DNA of 64,000 nucleotides from Trypanosoma brucei (Eukaryota). The stretch covers positions 128,001-192,000 of the forward strand of contig CP000067.1 in assembly GCA_000002445.1 (NCBI GenBank), given 5' to 3'. Below the pieces are notes generated by a model. That model searched no databases and was not told the DNA's origin. It worked only from the letters and a program-made list of their open reading frames with translations. The stretch's first letter is position 1. Each line of letters opens with the position of its first letter. Of this stretch, positions 50,801-59,982 are shown one piece after another. The translations under genes and the position numbers were made by a program.

Positions 50801-53800
50801 TCCTCGGCTTCACTCAGAATAAACCGATGTGTACTCCCAACAAAGTTGCTGAAATCTAGTGGTCCAGAGGACGGCCACGGTACTGACAGTGCAGGAGTCT
50901 CCGTGGATAAAAGCACCTCATTAACGCTCGACCAGCATTCCGCATCCGGCGGTTCTACGTTATACGCATCACACACCTCAGCCCATCCACATCGTGCAGC
51001 TGATATGAATCCCTTTAGACGAACAGCTCGCACGGCAGCCCTCCCGCGAGGATCAGACTCATCATATCGCCAGTATATGCAGAACTCGACCCAGCTCAAA
51101 ATGAGAAACACATACAGCTCCATCCCATCTTCAAGGAGGTAATCACAAACATCTAACAACATCCCCCACAGTCTATGCGTGTTCAAGGCGAGACCGTCTT
51201 TGCACAGATCACGTATGATAATCGCATGTTGAGGATTGGCATGAAACCCCCGCCATTCGTACAATGTCTCCGGAAGGTGCAACGGGTCCACTTTTACGCC
51301 TCTGATATCCTCTCCTCTGTGAATCTGCAGGAGAACTGCAACAACTTTCCAGCACGATAAGACATAATAGAGAAGGGTCGATGCACAACACCGCTTGTAG
51401 ACAAACGGCCTACTAGCGCATGGCGTGATCGGAGCCACTACAAACAAGAAGTAGAGAAGGCGCAGAGCCGTCAAAGTCTCCAGCAGGGACGGTAAGTCTT
51501 TTTGCTTATCGACCGGAACAACGTTTGTGCAGGTGAGACTCTGAGCAATGGCAAATGTCCGCCCCACCATCGTGCCTGTGAGAGCGTGACGGAGGGCAGG
51601 TGAAACATCTGTATTGCGCCGACCAGCACTTTTATTTAACCACGCACTGAGTAGCATACTATCCACGCGTTCCAGGTCGCTTAGTCCATTCATAAGCAGT
51701 GATATAAGTTCGCTTTTCGTAACGGCATTGCGTCCTGCAAGCCATTCCGCCATGCTGAGAACCAAATCGGCTCTTTGAACGGGTTTACCTTCCAATATCT
51801 TCAATGCCTGATTCCATGCTCTCATGCCCTCGGAGATATCATGCGCGTTCTTCGCAACGGCAACGCACACCGCTGCCTCCACCTCTGCGTCCACAGTTCT
51901 AGCTTTCTCATGCAACTCTGATGTCGAAAGCCTCAACTTCGTACGGAGTTGCGCCTCGTATGCACACAAGGATCCATGATATCTTGACGGAAGCACGCGC
52001 AGAAGCTCATGCATTTGTTTTATCCCCTCGTCATAATTTTCGTCCTCCAGCAGGCTTGTAAAAAGATAGCCGCCTAGTGTGCTGGTCAGTGTGCATAAGT
52101 CATCGAATTCAGCGTCACACCTGCCATTGGTCCGCGACCGTAAAAATTTATTAACTATCCTCAAGATAGGTGGAGAAAGGAGAATTCGAAGCCCCGACTG
52201 CAGCACTCGATAAGAAGCCCGAGAAATGGATGTGGCAACGCGGCACAAAGCGCGATAAGCCTTTGTTATTTGGGTAATTTGCGCTTCTGGTATGGAGCGG
52301 GATGCCGCCACCGCGCTGTTTGTTATGGCCACAAGAACCCTTTTCTCAAACTCAAGACGATGCGTCCTGTCGGCTCCAACCCCGAGATGCAAGAAAAGCG
52401 TGGCCTCATGAAGTAAAATGTCTGCGTACCAATACCAATCCATGTCACTTGGCTTCGGTTGCATCCCACCATTCGAATTGGCCACGACGGAGCCCTTTAA
52501 GTTACCTAAATACATGACTGATGGGGACGGTTGCTGAGTCGAAACAACGGTGCTTGCTAAAGATTTATCCCTACCTGAATTCACAGTTATAAGAGATTTG
52601 GTGCCCCACCCAAGTTTGCCTTCATGGTACAACCGATCGGCGGTACGGCAGATTTCGAGCGTTACTCTTTCATTTTGGGGTATTTGCACGCTGTGAGATG
52701 CCAATCGAGCACACAACTCTACTGATGGGTCGGCTCTAAGCATATCTAAGCATTCCGTGTTAACCAAATGCCGTCTCTCGTCGAGTTCAATAGGTCCATT
52801 CAAGCGACCCAACAAAAAGAGCAACTGCTCTTGCGGGTGAGTAGAGGTTTCGTGGGTTCTATCAAGAAGTCGATTGATGCACGGAAGAATAAGAGAGAAA
52901 TTCTTCCTCCGGGATGGTAGTGACCATTTGCTCATTATTTGGTGGCAGGCCTCCGCCGCCTGCTTGAGTACACTATTATGTGCCTCACATATGGGATACA
53001 AATAAGTTTTGCGCATTGTTTCGGCCAAAGACTCACAGTGAAGCTCACCATTAACTTCTCCCTTCGCACTGATGTACGTCTGTACAAGCGACATAACGTA
53101 TCCAAAGCCGATACTGTCAAATAGTTTGTATTCACCCATGGGATCAGCGTTTACTTGACCCAATGCAAGAGAAAGGTCACGTAGGGTTGCTGCAGCAGGA
53201 AGAAACAAGCCCTTTTTGAACATTTCAGTGTTTTGATTGATCAACGCAGTGCATGCGTTAAGGACAATCCACCCCCCACCGTATCCTGCTGCGCTCAGCC
53301 TAGCACCAAGTTGTGCTGCTTTGGATATGTGAGACATACCATCTTCATGGGTGGCATCACCTAAGGCACGGGGAGATGTTTGTCCTCGCTTTTCCAGCAA
53401 CTCCGACATAACCAAATGAGCTTCAGCCTTCATGGCGAGCAAGTCTCTAGCGAAGCCATTATCTGGAACAGCAATCCGAGCGAGACCCTCCGCAGCTTTA
53501 ATAATAATCTCATCAACCGCAGGATCATTAGTCGTCGAAGCCTCCTTGAGTAACAGGTAGTAAACATTAGGAGTACTAAAATCTTCGAATGTAAACGGTA
53601 CCCGTTCATCAACGGTTTCGCGTACAACGTCTTGTTTTCGACTTTTTCCGCCTTTATTTTTCTCCCCGTTTACCGATACGTTCTTCGTCCTCGTCTCGGC
53701 TACGGATTCCGTGCGAGTAATCGGAGGAAGTCTATCAGCCGCCGCCTGCAAAAGAGGGACACGATTAGCCGATGCTAGCCGAGCTTGCTCGATAAGATGA

Positions 53801-55395
53801 ACGATATGATCCCCATCCGAAATAAAGGAAGTGCCCTCATGTGCCTTCCGCACCACGGCACGGCGCCTTAACCACAGAAGGGCAAACTCCATGGGATAGG
53901 CGGAGGTATTGTCCGCACTTCCCGACAACTGCTCTACTGCCAAAGCCTTGTCAATCTGTTCAATGGTAGCATTCATATTTTCCTCTTCAAACTCCGCCAA
54001 TGCTGATTCATATGCCGCACGAACAAAAAGTCGGTTTAGCCTGCTGTTGCACAACCTTAGCAGCATCACTATTCTACTCAATGTGAGACGCAACCTCCCA
54101 CGAGTTTGGGGTTGCAAGAGCGGAAGACACAAATTCCACAGCACCACACAACCAACCTCAATTGCGTACATGCTTTCCGATACATCTACAGACGTACGAG
54201 CGGCATCTATCACGTCCTCGACGTGGCCGATGCATGCAAACAGCTTTTCCGCCATATTCTTTGTAAGATAACCAGCGTCTAACGCCTTGCTTGCGGCCAG
54301 CGAGCCACAGTCACGAGCCCTCATGATGGCTTTGGCGTATTCAGTGAACAATCGGGCGCGGGCATTATCGCCATTCAGAAGTTTTGGTAAAATTGTATTA
54401 CACGTGTCATCCGCACCGCACATGGCTAACGCAAGGGCAACCTCACTGAGTACATCTGAGATAATCGCAGGATCGCGGAACGCCGCCTCTGCTTCAGCGG
54501 CCTTACGGCCCTTTTGTTTCACTTCCTTCTTCTCGGGGTCGCCGAGGAGTTTTTCAGTTGCCTGAATGAGCTCCTGCTTAGCGCTTGAGTCATCTGTTGC
54601 ACCACAGAAAAATGAATACACAGCAGCAAGTGCCTGAAACACAGGTCTGGTATTATCTTGCTTCGTCCGGTTTGATGATGTACTGGCTGTGAAGGCAACC
54701 TGAATGCGGTAAAATTGTAATTGAAGTCGCTCAGAACCCGTCTTTGCAACAAGTTCTGCACCGGACACAATCTGATTGAGCGCATCCTGAACCCTTCCGG
54801 TAGCCCGCAAGCAGACGGCATAACGCACAATCCACTGCAGCTGAGTATGAATTCCTCCAAGTGAAAGCTTTTCATGCAAAGTTACAACCAACACCAGAAT
54901 ATCCAACATGCTGTTGCTTATTATTCGACCGCAAACATCTTGAATAGACAGCCAGAGGTAGTCGATACCTGCGATAAGGGTCTCCGGTTCCTTCGGCCAC
55001 TCCTCTAGTACAATCTTTATACCTGAAACAATCTTCGTCGCGCAACGAATGTGCGCTGCCAGTTTAGCCCTACCACGCAGCGAGTGAGGCACACCACTCA
55101 AAGCTACGAGAGCATCACAATAAAGAGCCCGTGCCTCCAGTGCCTTCGTTTGAGCCCGCCTCCCTGTGTACTTCTTCAAACAAGCCCCTGCTAGTGCCCA
55201 CTCCTTCTTCTCAATGGCAGCCTCCGTGCAGAGAATGTACAACTCACTCGATACATTCCGCTCCAGTGACGGGTCCCCTTCAGAAGACTCTTCAAACTCT
55301 TGCAACATTTTGTACGCTGCGTGCACGGCTTCAGCCGTGTAACTGCTGCGACTGGCACGCAGTTGTTGTTTCACCGCATTGGATACATACGCCAT
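47884..55395 (-). CDS. Very large (2503 aa) alpha-helical protein with separase (peptidase C50)-like C-terminal region
   Basis: ATG at 55393-55395. Long helical/TPR-like N-terminal body. C-terminal ~240 aa read LCLDPILQPLPFEQLPELSSFMAVHRELSVLNL...GVAYIIDPFGENE...FVKDGQGSS...NVLVSACGS, resembling separase LVLD..LQ.LPWE.LP.L....V.R.PS...L...FYVLNP...GHGxG...LLxGCSS. The Cys is in the expected position. The expected His may be replaced by Gln. Confidence 0.4.
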   Translation of the reverse strand: MAYVSNAVKQQLRASRSSYTAEAVHAAYKMLQEFEESSEGDPSLERNVSSELYILCTEAAIEKKEWALAGACLKKYTGRRAQTKALEARALYCDALVALSGVPHSLRGRAKLAAHIRCATKIVSGIKIVLEEWPKEPETLIAGIDYLWLSIQDVCGRIISNSMLDILVLVVTLHEKLSLGGIHTQLQWIVRYAVCLRATGRVQDALNQIVSGAELVAKTGSERLQLQFYRIQVAFTASTSSNRTKQDNTRPVFQALAAVYSFFCGATDDSSAKQELIQATEKLLGDPEKKEVKQKGRKAAEAEAAFRDPAIISDVLSEVALALAMCGADDTCNTILPKLLNGDNARARLFTEYAKAIMRARDCGSLAASKALDAGYLTKNMAEKLFACIGHVEDVIDAARTSVDVSESMYAIEVGCVVLWNLCLPLLQPQTRGRLRLTLSRIVMLLRLCNSRLNRLFVRAAYESALAEFEEENMNATIEQIDKALAVEQLSGSADNTSAYPMEFALLWLRRRAVVRKAHEGTSFISDGDHIVHLIEQARLASANRVPLLQAAADRLPPITRTESVAETRTKNVSVNGEKNKGGKSRKQDVVRETVDERVPFTFEDFSTPNVYYLLLKEASTTNDPAVDEIIIKAAEGLARIAVPDNGFARDLLAMKAEAHLVMSELLEKRGQTSPRALGDATHEDGMSHISKAAQLGARLSAAGYGGGWIVLNACTALINQNTEMFKKGLFLPAAATLRDLSLALGQVNADPMGEYKLFDSIGFGYVMSLVQTYISAKGEVNGELHCESLAETMRKTYLYPICEAHNSVLKQAAEACHQIMSKWSLPSRRKNFSLILPCINRLLDRTHETSTHPQEQLLFLLGRLNGPIELDERRHLVNTECLDMLRADPSVELCARLASHSVQIPQNERVTLEICRTADRLYHEGKLGWGTKSLITVNSGRDKSLASTVVSTQQPSPSVMYLGNLKGSVVANSNGGMQPKPSDMDWYWYADILLHEATLFLHLGVGADRTHRLEFEKRVLVAITNSAVAASRSIPEAQITQITKAYRALCRVATSISRASYRVLQSGLRILLSPPILRIVNKFLRSRTNGRCDAEFDDLCTLTSTLGGYLFTSLLEDENYDEGIKQMHELLRVLPSRYHGSLCAYEAQLRTKLRLSTSELHEKARTVDAEVEAAVCVAVAKNAHDISEGMRAWNQALKILEGKPVQRADLVLSMAEWLAGRNAVTKSELISLLMNGLSDLERVDSMLLSAWLNKSAGRRNTDVSPALRHALTGTMVGRTFAIAQSLTCTNVVPVDKQKDLPSLLETLTALRLLYFLFVVAPITPCASRPFVYKRCCASTLLYYVLSCWKVVAVLLQIHRGEDIRGVKVDPLHLPETLYEWRGFHANPQHAIIIRDLCKDGLALNTHRLWGMLLDVCDYLLEDGMELYVFLILSWVEFCIYWRYDESDPRGRAAVRAVRLKGFISAARCGWAEVCDAYNVEPPDAECWSSVNEVLLSTETPALSVPWPSSGPLDFSNFVGSTHRFILSEAEDLFTLGRVQEALLWKAKVKQCASRTGDRGALARCHLLEARASILRGRWDPPTSEEASAEDSTEEETKTEDMGDGEGTGLPTSLTVAAWTELQLVHIDGFLSCDKVAEAVAFVRQLLTRLLWRLEEVGEGDIEKDTTEMCHKVLLQRCAPRFVAFLRRPFDTLFPGGPREGDVKGLLDEVCSQLDQYADWKSRLVSLRVRQILRPCVDDVLATGKGGVDKALPERLFNEYSEILKVADMLQSEVNAVVPVLALGGDVTTCPSAAAAYDEVLVMCARNCLERKLLKNFISQRFSALSVADLGIPTGGPVELEGYVASYMRDPALYEQSRMLNDSANAALPSQEGICGHDNEVASSLSHFGIPLNYMVNTSTPHIEALLYRAMGGVGTVSSVQMEASIIAALSEFSRRLTAATRAMESPEASVNTTFSGDVNERENAFLTAQWSKITISVPHPSVPRRMSVAERRAAKLASIHVEDPNRLAANAWIEINSNLQMLLLAAVRQARHMFEYKQMAKCYIYLAHNFMLSGNFNAAGTAIEYAETAAMYGFVSDLVTSLTHTTPEAELIRLVNKTKMDAPYLVNTKAFDSLRNNLMEISSMWRRFDLVGAWPAEPNKADPLLSDICTLSAVREGTTSYFLVAFRRQDGEVCSRRAELDMGALRECTSQIEELKRLKKVEVAAGPSAGERSPDAKWGSVFHSYLEKVRTVVFPLLGDFSDLFSSQRAASCSLYLCLDPILQPLPFEQLPELSSFMAVHRELSVLNLRQKTALRTGKPQSNGVAYIIDPFGENEEALQYIFGGGRTKTSNAEIVTFVKDGQGSSSRPSLAYVHRIFANKAYANVLVSACGSFSDIIKPSVIAELSLDHLQTVLIAMATNDASYCREQGCDTCRAYMDFFYEKNYVVSILLLARGVHHVLSNIFTLTASECNVFSKRCLSFVGGGGGKALAEAVKGSNGDAAGPSTQLHISYGVIHHNVKAK

Positions 55396-55495
55396 GGTCG
55401 CAGTTTGGGTGTTCTCCCCTCTATATGCAGCTAATTATTCAAATACTTGCGCAGGTAGACATGTACATGAAAATACAAACATTAGCGTTTGGGTA

Positions 55496-55540
55496 GAAGT
55501 GAAAAAAGAAGAAAAAATAAAGGACGTTGGAAGCTAACGA
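55496..55540 (-). promoter_or_regulatory. Polypyrimidine tract (minus strand): candidate trans-splice signal for the 2503-aa gene
   Basis: + strand purine-rich gggtagaagtgaaaaaagaagaaaaaataaaggacgttggaag, 100-145 nt upstream of ATG 55395. Confidence 0.3.
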
Positions 55541-55596
55541 ACACACTTGTGCGTGAAGGCAAAATGAATCAGTGTATGGATTTATTCATACCTATG

Positions 55597-55621
55597 TATA
55601 TATATATATATATATATATAT
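55597..55621. repeat. (TA)12 microsatellite
   Basis: tatatatatatatatatatatatat read directly. Confidence 0.9.
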
Positions 55622-55832
55622 CAGTAACTAGGAAACACAATGACGCTGTCCAAGCCGCTGGATCATGCAGCGGCCGCGTGTAGCAGAGAAATCAAGACAA
55701 CCCTCAAAGACACGACGTTGAACCGTACTCAACTATACGAAACGAAACGGGGTTAAGGAGGTAACCGCTCAAACCACAACAACAGGGCGCTCTCCCACTA
55801 ACCACAACCGTTCAAGTCCAAACGTCCAGACT

Positions 55833-56738
55833 CTACTGTTCCTTTAACATATTCTCCACACACGCAAATCGTGCCGCGCAGAGGGATGCAGCACAATAAC
55901 GGAGCAACATATCCCCCGCCACCGTCGGCAGCACCGTTCGCCTAAATGCCCCAAACGCTTCATCTAACACCGCAGCGTCCTTCACGCCCTCACGTTTTAA
56001 TCCCGCGTATACATCTTCAGCAAGACTCAGTGCCCTATGGTACTCACCGCGTTCAACAAATCGCAAAAACTCTGCCTCCGATTTCAACGCCCGCAGCTGT
56101 CGTGACACGAGCATGGTTGGGCTTAGTGATGTGCGGAACTTAAAGAAGTCCAAAATGCCGCGAACGGGCTCAGCCGCGGGAGCTTTCCCCGCCTCAACGA
56201 TAGCGCGTCCGAGATTAAAGGCCGTTACACGCACAACAGCTGGTGAAGGGATGCTGTTTATGTACTTGAGCGGTGCAGCAACAAGGTTTACATCCTCACT
56301 TTCTGCATCCTTAAGAACTGCAGATAATTCTTCATTGAAGGGCAAACCAGCTTTCATTTTGTGCTTCAGTGCCTCATAATTGAGACCCACTGAAATGAGT
56401 TTTTTGCTTGTATAACCAAACTCCTCAAGCTCACGTTCCACCCGCTGCGAAACCAAATGCACTTGACTTGCTAATGTAGTTCCCACTTCCTGATAGTAGT
56501 GTTGCGCCAACGATATATCATTAAAGTCGTCCAAAAGCGGTTTAGCTTGTGCCGCATAACTCTCCTCCTTCGCCCGCATTTCATTATCAATCTTCTGCAT
56601 TTCTTTCTCCATGAACTCCTTCTCCGCTTCGTGTTGCAGCCGTGCGGCTGATAGTTTAGTCCGAGCAATTTCATTACGTACCATCTCACGGGATAACAAT
56701 CTCTCAGACGGCGTAAATAAGGAGTAAATGAACTGCAT
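55833..56738 (-). CDS. Conserved hypothetical coiled-coil/helical protein (301 aa)
   Basis: ATG at 56736-56738. N-terminal coiled coil (EAEKEFMEKEMQKIDNEMRAKEESYAAQ) and a helical C-terminal half. No catalytic motif recognised. A weak resemblance to the mitofilin C-terminal region is noted but not supported. Confidence 0.5.
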   Translation of the reverse strand: MQFIYSLFTPSERLLSREMVRNEIARTKLSAARLQHEAEKEFMEKEMQKIDNEMRAKEESYAAQAKPLLDDFNDISLAQHYYQEVGTTLASQVHLVSQRVERELEEFGYTSKKLISVGLNYEALKHKMKAGLPFNEELSAVLKDAESEDVNLVAAPLKYINSIPSPAVVRVTAFNLGRAIVEAGKAPAAEPVRGILDFFKFRTSLSPTMLVSRQLRALKSEAEFLRFVERGEYHRALSLAEDVYAGLKREGVKDAAVLDEAFGAFRRTVLPTVAGDMLLRYCAASLCAARFACVENMLKEQ

Positions 56739-57079
56739 GTTACCCTTTCTTGCTCTTCATCCAAACCGTGCAGAATGCAGGTCCCCCCGCAAAAAAAAAA
56801 GAAGTTAAAAATACACATTTTTCCTGAAGGAATTCAGGCACCATTAAAAAAGAAAATATTACGGGGCATGATTCGGGCCGCGATCCGTGATCCATTCAAG
56901 CACTTCCACATCGGGGAATATTCGTCATGCACTGACACCTGCGAAAGGTTGGCATCCACACAAATATCGGTAACCATCAAAAAATTTGGAAGGGAGGAAA
57001 CTGGTGGCCCACCATTAAACCAAGTAGACCACTTCGTAACACGTCGGCAACCGAACCAACAGCAAGGGATCAAACGGAA

Positions 57080-58468
57080 TCAAAACCTTCTCTTGACCCA
57101 CCCAGGATTTTTCTTGTAAATCTCACTAAGGTTCGACTTGTCAAAGCGTAGAAGTGTGGTAAGCACGGGAAAAAGGTTCTTGGCCACGTTGGTGTCTCCG
57201 CTGGAACAGAGGAGCTGCACAACCGTGAACCTCAAATAAGTTGCTAGCTGCCCATCAAATACCAAACTGTTCTCTTGGTCTTTCGTTGTATTCGACTGGT
57301 GCCGTGTGGCGACAAGGCGTCTCCGTGTTGCACACAGTTCATCTGACAACCGACTCACATCCCCTTCAAGTTCTGCAATACGAGAAAGTGCCTCAGGAAG
57401 CGTTGAGGGTTTATTTTGCCCATTAAAGTCCTTAACACTGCAACTCCCCAAGACCGGGCCACCTACACCTGAGTGGGTTCTCTTGACAGCAGCTAGTTCT
57501 TGCGTTAACTTTTGATTTTCTTCCTGAGCTCCCCTCAATTCTTCCTGAAGGGACTTTAAATGATCCAACAGCTCCCCGTACGCTGCGTCATCTCGCTGCT
57601 CCGACTGTCCCCTAGCCTGTGCGCCTTCCCCTAAATGTTTATTCCCGGTCTCCGCTGTTTCTAATGCCCTTTCCTCCAACTCGGCACGCAGTTCCGCCAT
57701 ATCTTGCTCATACCGCGACATCAATCTCTCCATTTCGTCACGGTGTTGGTCAAAAATGATAGATTCCCGGACGGTAAACTCGTGCCGCATATTTTCCCTT
57801 TCCTCTTCCAACCGCTCTTCAAACGCATTAATCTGCTCCGCGTTTGGTCGGCTTGCCATTGCCGCTTGAGAGGCTTCAAATGATGCCTTGGCCTCCTCCA
57901 AAGTTTCCAATCGGTTCTGTAAGGTTTCTAGGGCTTGATCACGCCGCTCAATGGCAGATTTGCGTTCCACTAATTCCGCCTGCGCGCCAGTAAGTGTCTC
58001 ACGGAGACCGGCCAGCTCCTGCTCGAGGGCTTCAGTAGTCTTCTTTTGCATTCGCAACGTTTGGGCAGTCCTTCGCTTGTGCTTTTCTAACTCACGCCAT
58101 GTTCCCACAGCAATGTCAAGCGCAGCATCAGACTTGTCCAAAAGTATTTCGACTAATGCATCCGATGAAGCGGTCACCCATGCCCCGACATGACTAAAAT
58201 AGTGAGACTCCGCAAAACTGCTGCATTCGGGCACAGCACCCGAAGTGGATGCAGCCGCTGTGGCAACACTCTTTGCATTTTGCAACTGCTGACTGAGTTG
58301 ATCGTTGGCTGCTCGGGATTCTTCCAGTTCAGTGGTAAGTTCTATAATTCTGTTACGCAGCTCCGTGACGCCTACTTGAGTCTTCTCCTTCCAGACCTGC
58401 ATCCGGTGTTTGGCTTTCTCAAGCTCTTCGCGCAGTTGCTGCACTTCACTATTTACAACAGCGTCCAT
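57080..58468 (-). CDS. GRIP-domain coiled-coil golgin
   Basis: 462 aa. Almost entirely heptad coiled coil (LEE/ELR-rich). C-terminal ...GQLATYLRFTVVQLLCSSGDTNVAKNLFPVLTTLLRFDKSNLSEI resembles the GRIP domain ((E)YLKNVLLQFL....L..LL.F). ATG at 58466-58468. Confidence 0.5.
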   Translation of the reverse strand: MDAVVNSEVQQLREELEKAKHRMQVWKEKTQVGVTELRNRIIELTTELEESRAANDQLSQQLQNAKSVATAAASTSGAVPECSSFAESHYFSHVGAWVTASSDALVEILLDKSDAALDIAVGTWRELEKHKRRTAQTLRMQKKTTEALEQELAGLRETLTGAQAELVERKSAIERRDQALETLQNRLETLEEAKASFEASQAAMASRPNAEQINAFEERLEEERENMRHEFTVRESIIFDQHRDEMERLMSRYEQDMAELRAELEERALETAETGNKHLGEGAQARGQSEQRDDAAYGELLDHLKSLQEELRGAQEENQKLTQELAAVKRTHSGVGGPVLGSCSVKDFNGQNKPSTLPEALSRIAELEGDVSRLSDELCATRRRLVATRHQSNTTKDQENSLVFDGQLATYLRFTVVQLLCSSGDTNVAKNLFPVLTTLLRFDKSNLSEIYKKNPGWVKRRF

Positions 58469-58583
58469 CGGTACCTCAGCCGTTGTTTCCTATAGCAACT
58501 TATCTGTACATCAAGAGAGAAAAAGAATTTAAACGAGTAACAGAAAAGACTTTATGCTGCGGTGGGAAGAGATTGGTGGGAAC

Positions 58584-58601
58584 CACACACACACACACAC
58601 C
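58584..58601. repeat. (CA)9 microsatellite
   Basis: cacacacacacacacaca read directly. Confidence 0.9.
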
Positions 58602-58962
58602 ATAGGTTGGTGGACCAATCAATTTGGAAAGACAGCAACCTAGTTTTCCCGAACGAACTAAATGTAGGAAGAAAAAAATAACTTCTTTTGATGCCAAAGG
58701 AAGACGAGGAAAACATATATAAGGAAACACGAAAACGTCGCCATACGGGGTAACATTTACATCACAAAGCTGTTAGACAATAACAGAACACGCAGCGTAG
58801 AATAACCCTTTCATCCTACAACCCACGAACTATAACAGAAGAGCGAAAGCATACACGGGCACACATGTTCATATACGCATATGCATATTTGCACCTATAT
58901 TGGCACAGCAGTGCAACTTCACGCCTCATTAATAACACGAACTAGTTAAACATGAATCCTTC

Positions 58963-59700
58963 CTATTGTCCATCAGCATCTTCGAGCACCGCTCCTATCG
59001 GTTGCCGCGCAACAGTATAATTAGCAAACGGCCCACCCGACTGCCACGGCATATGAACTAAAGGTGAAAGTGATCGCTTCTCCTCCAGCATCTCCCTCGA
59101 AATGCTCTGTTGCAGATGTCCAATTTCATCCATTACATCACGTGTCATGCGGTCGGTTCGCCACGGATGCCATCCGCGTACATCTTTATGCCCTCCCTCA
59201 TCATGCAACATGCTCTCGGTGTAGCTCCATCTGCTACGCAATATTTGTAACTGTGTGTGGAAGGCGCGATACGCGTAGAAGGACACTACAAATATGACAA
59301 GTGCCAGGAAAAACGCAAAGTCCTGCAAACTAAAGGAGCGGTACTCTGGGTTACCAGCTGTCTCCCTGTGTATGGTATTTGTCATGTTATCGTAATTCAT
59401 GCGGCGGAAATTGACGTCGGTACCGCCAGCACGGTTGCTTTCACCCTTGTCATGGCGATGGGCAAGCAGTAATTTGTGTGCCTCACGGAGAAGTTGAAAC
59501 TGCTCACTTGTACCACCATGGTCTGGGTGAAACCGCATCACTAGTTTGTTGAAGCGTTTCTTGATTTCAGTCACCTCCAACCGATCGCTCATCTCAAAAC
59601 CAAATATAGAACATGCCTGCTGATACGTCATGTAACCCTTGTCACCCGCAATGGTACCCTCAAACTTTTCGTAGACGAGCCGTACAGCACTGCGGCGCAT
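58963..59700 (-). CDS. DnaJ (J-domain) protein with one transmembrane helix
   Basis: J domain at the N-terminus (YQQACSIFGFEMSDRLEVTEIKKRFNKLVMRFHPDHGGTSEQFQLLREAHKLL) with an intact HPD tripeptide. TM helix FFLALVIFVVSFYAYRAF. 245 aa with ATG at 59698-59700. Confidence 0.75.
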   Translation of the reverse strand: MRRSAVRLVYEKFEGTIAGDKGYMTYQQACSIFGFEMSDRLEVTEIKKRFNKLVMRFHPDHGGTSEQFQLLREAHKLLLAHRHDKGESNRAGGTDVNFRRMNYDNMTNTIHRETAGNPEYRSFSLQDFAFFLALVIFVVSFYAYRAFHTQLQILRSRWSYTESMLHDEGGHKDVRGWHPWRTDRMTRDVMDEIGHLQQSISREMLEEKRSLSPLVHMPWQSGGPFANYTVARQPIGAVLEDADGQ

Positions 59701-59982
59701 TGGTAGGGAGAAAGAACACTAAGAAGGCGAAGAACAAGAGCAGTGACGGAGAAGGAGAGTAAAAAACGGAACACAAAAGTGTATACAGAGAGAATCGTAA
59801 TAGATGCAGAAACTCATTCATATATATATATACATATATATGAATTCCTCTGAAACATAGTGGCTCAACAAAAGCACATATATGTATTATTGAAATTCGT
59901 TTTAGACAGATTTCATGCTTCTAACCACCAAGTTCCAACATGTACATGATAGGGGATCTTTGGCGCGTGCCCCGGTATCCCT

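Noticed and set aside
55833-56738. Assignment of the 301-aa protein as a mitofilin/Mic60 C-terminal domain homolog
   Set aside because: Only a vague resemblance in the C-terminal helices. Too weak to call without a profile search.
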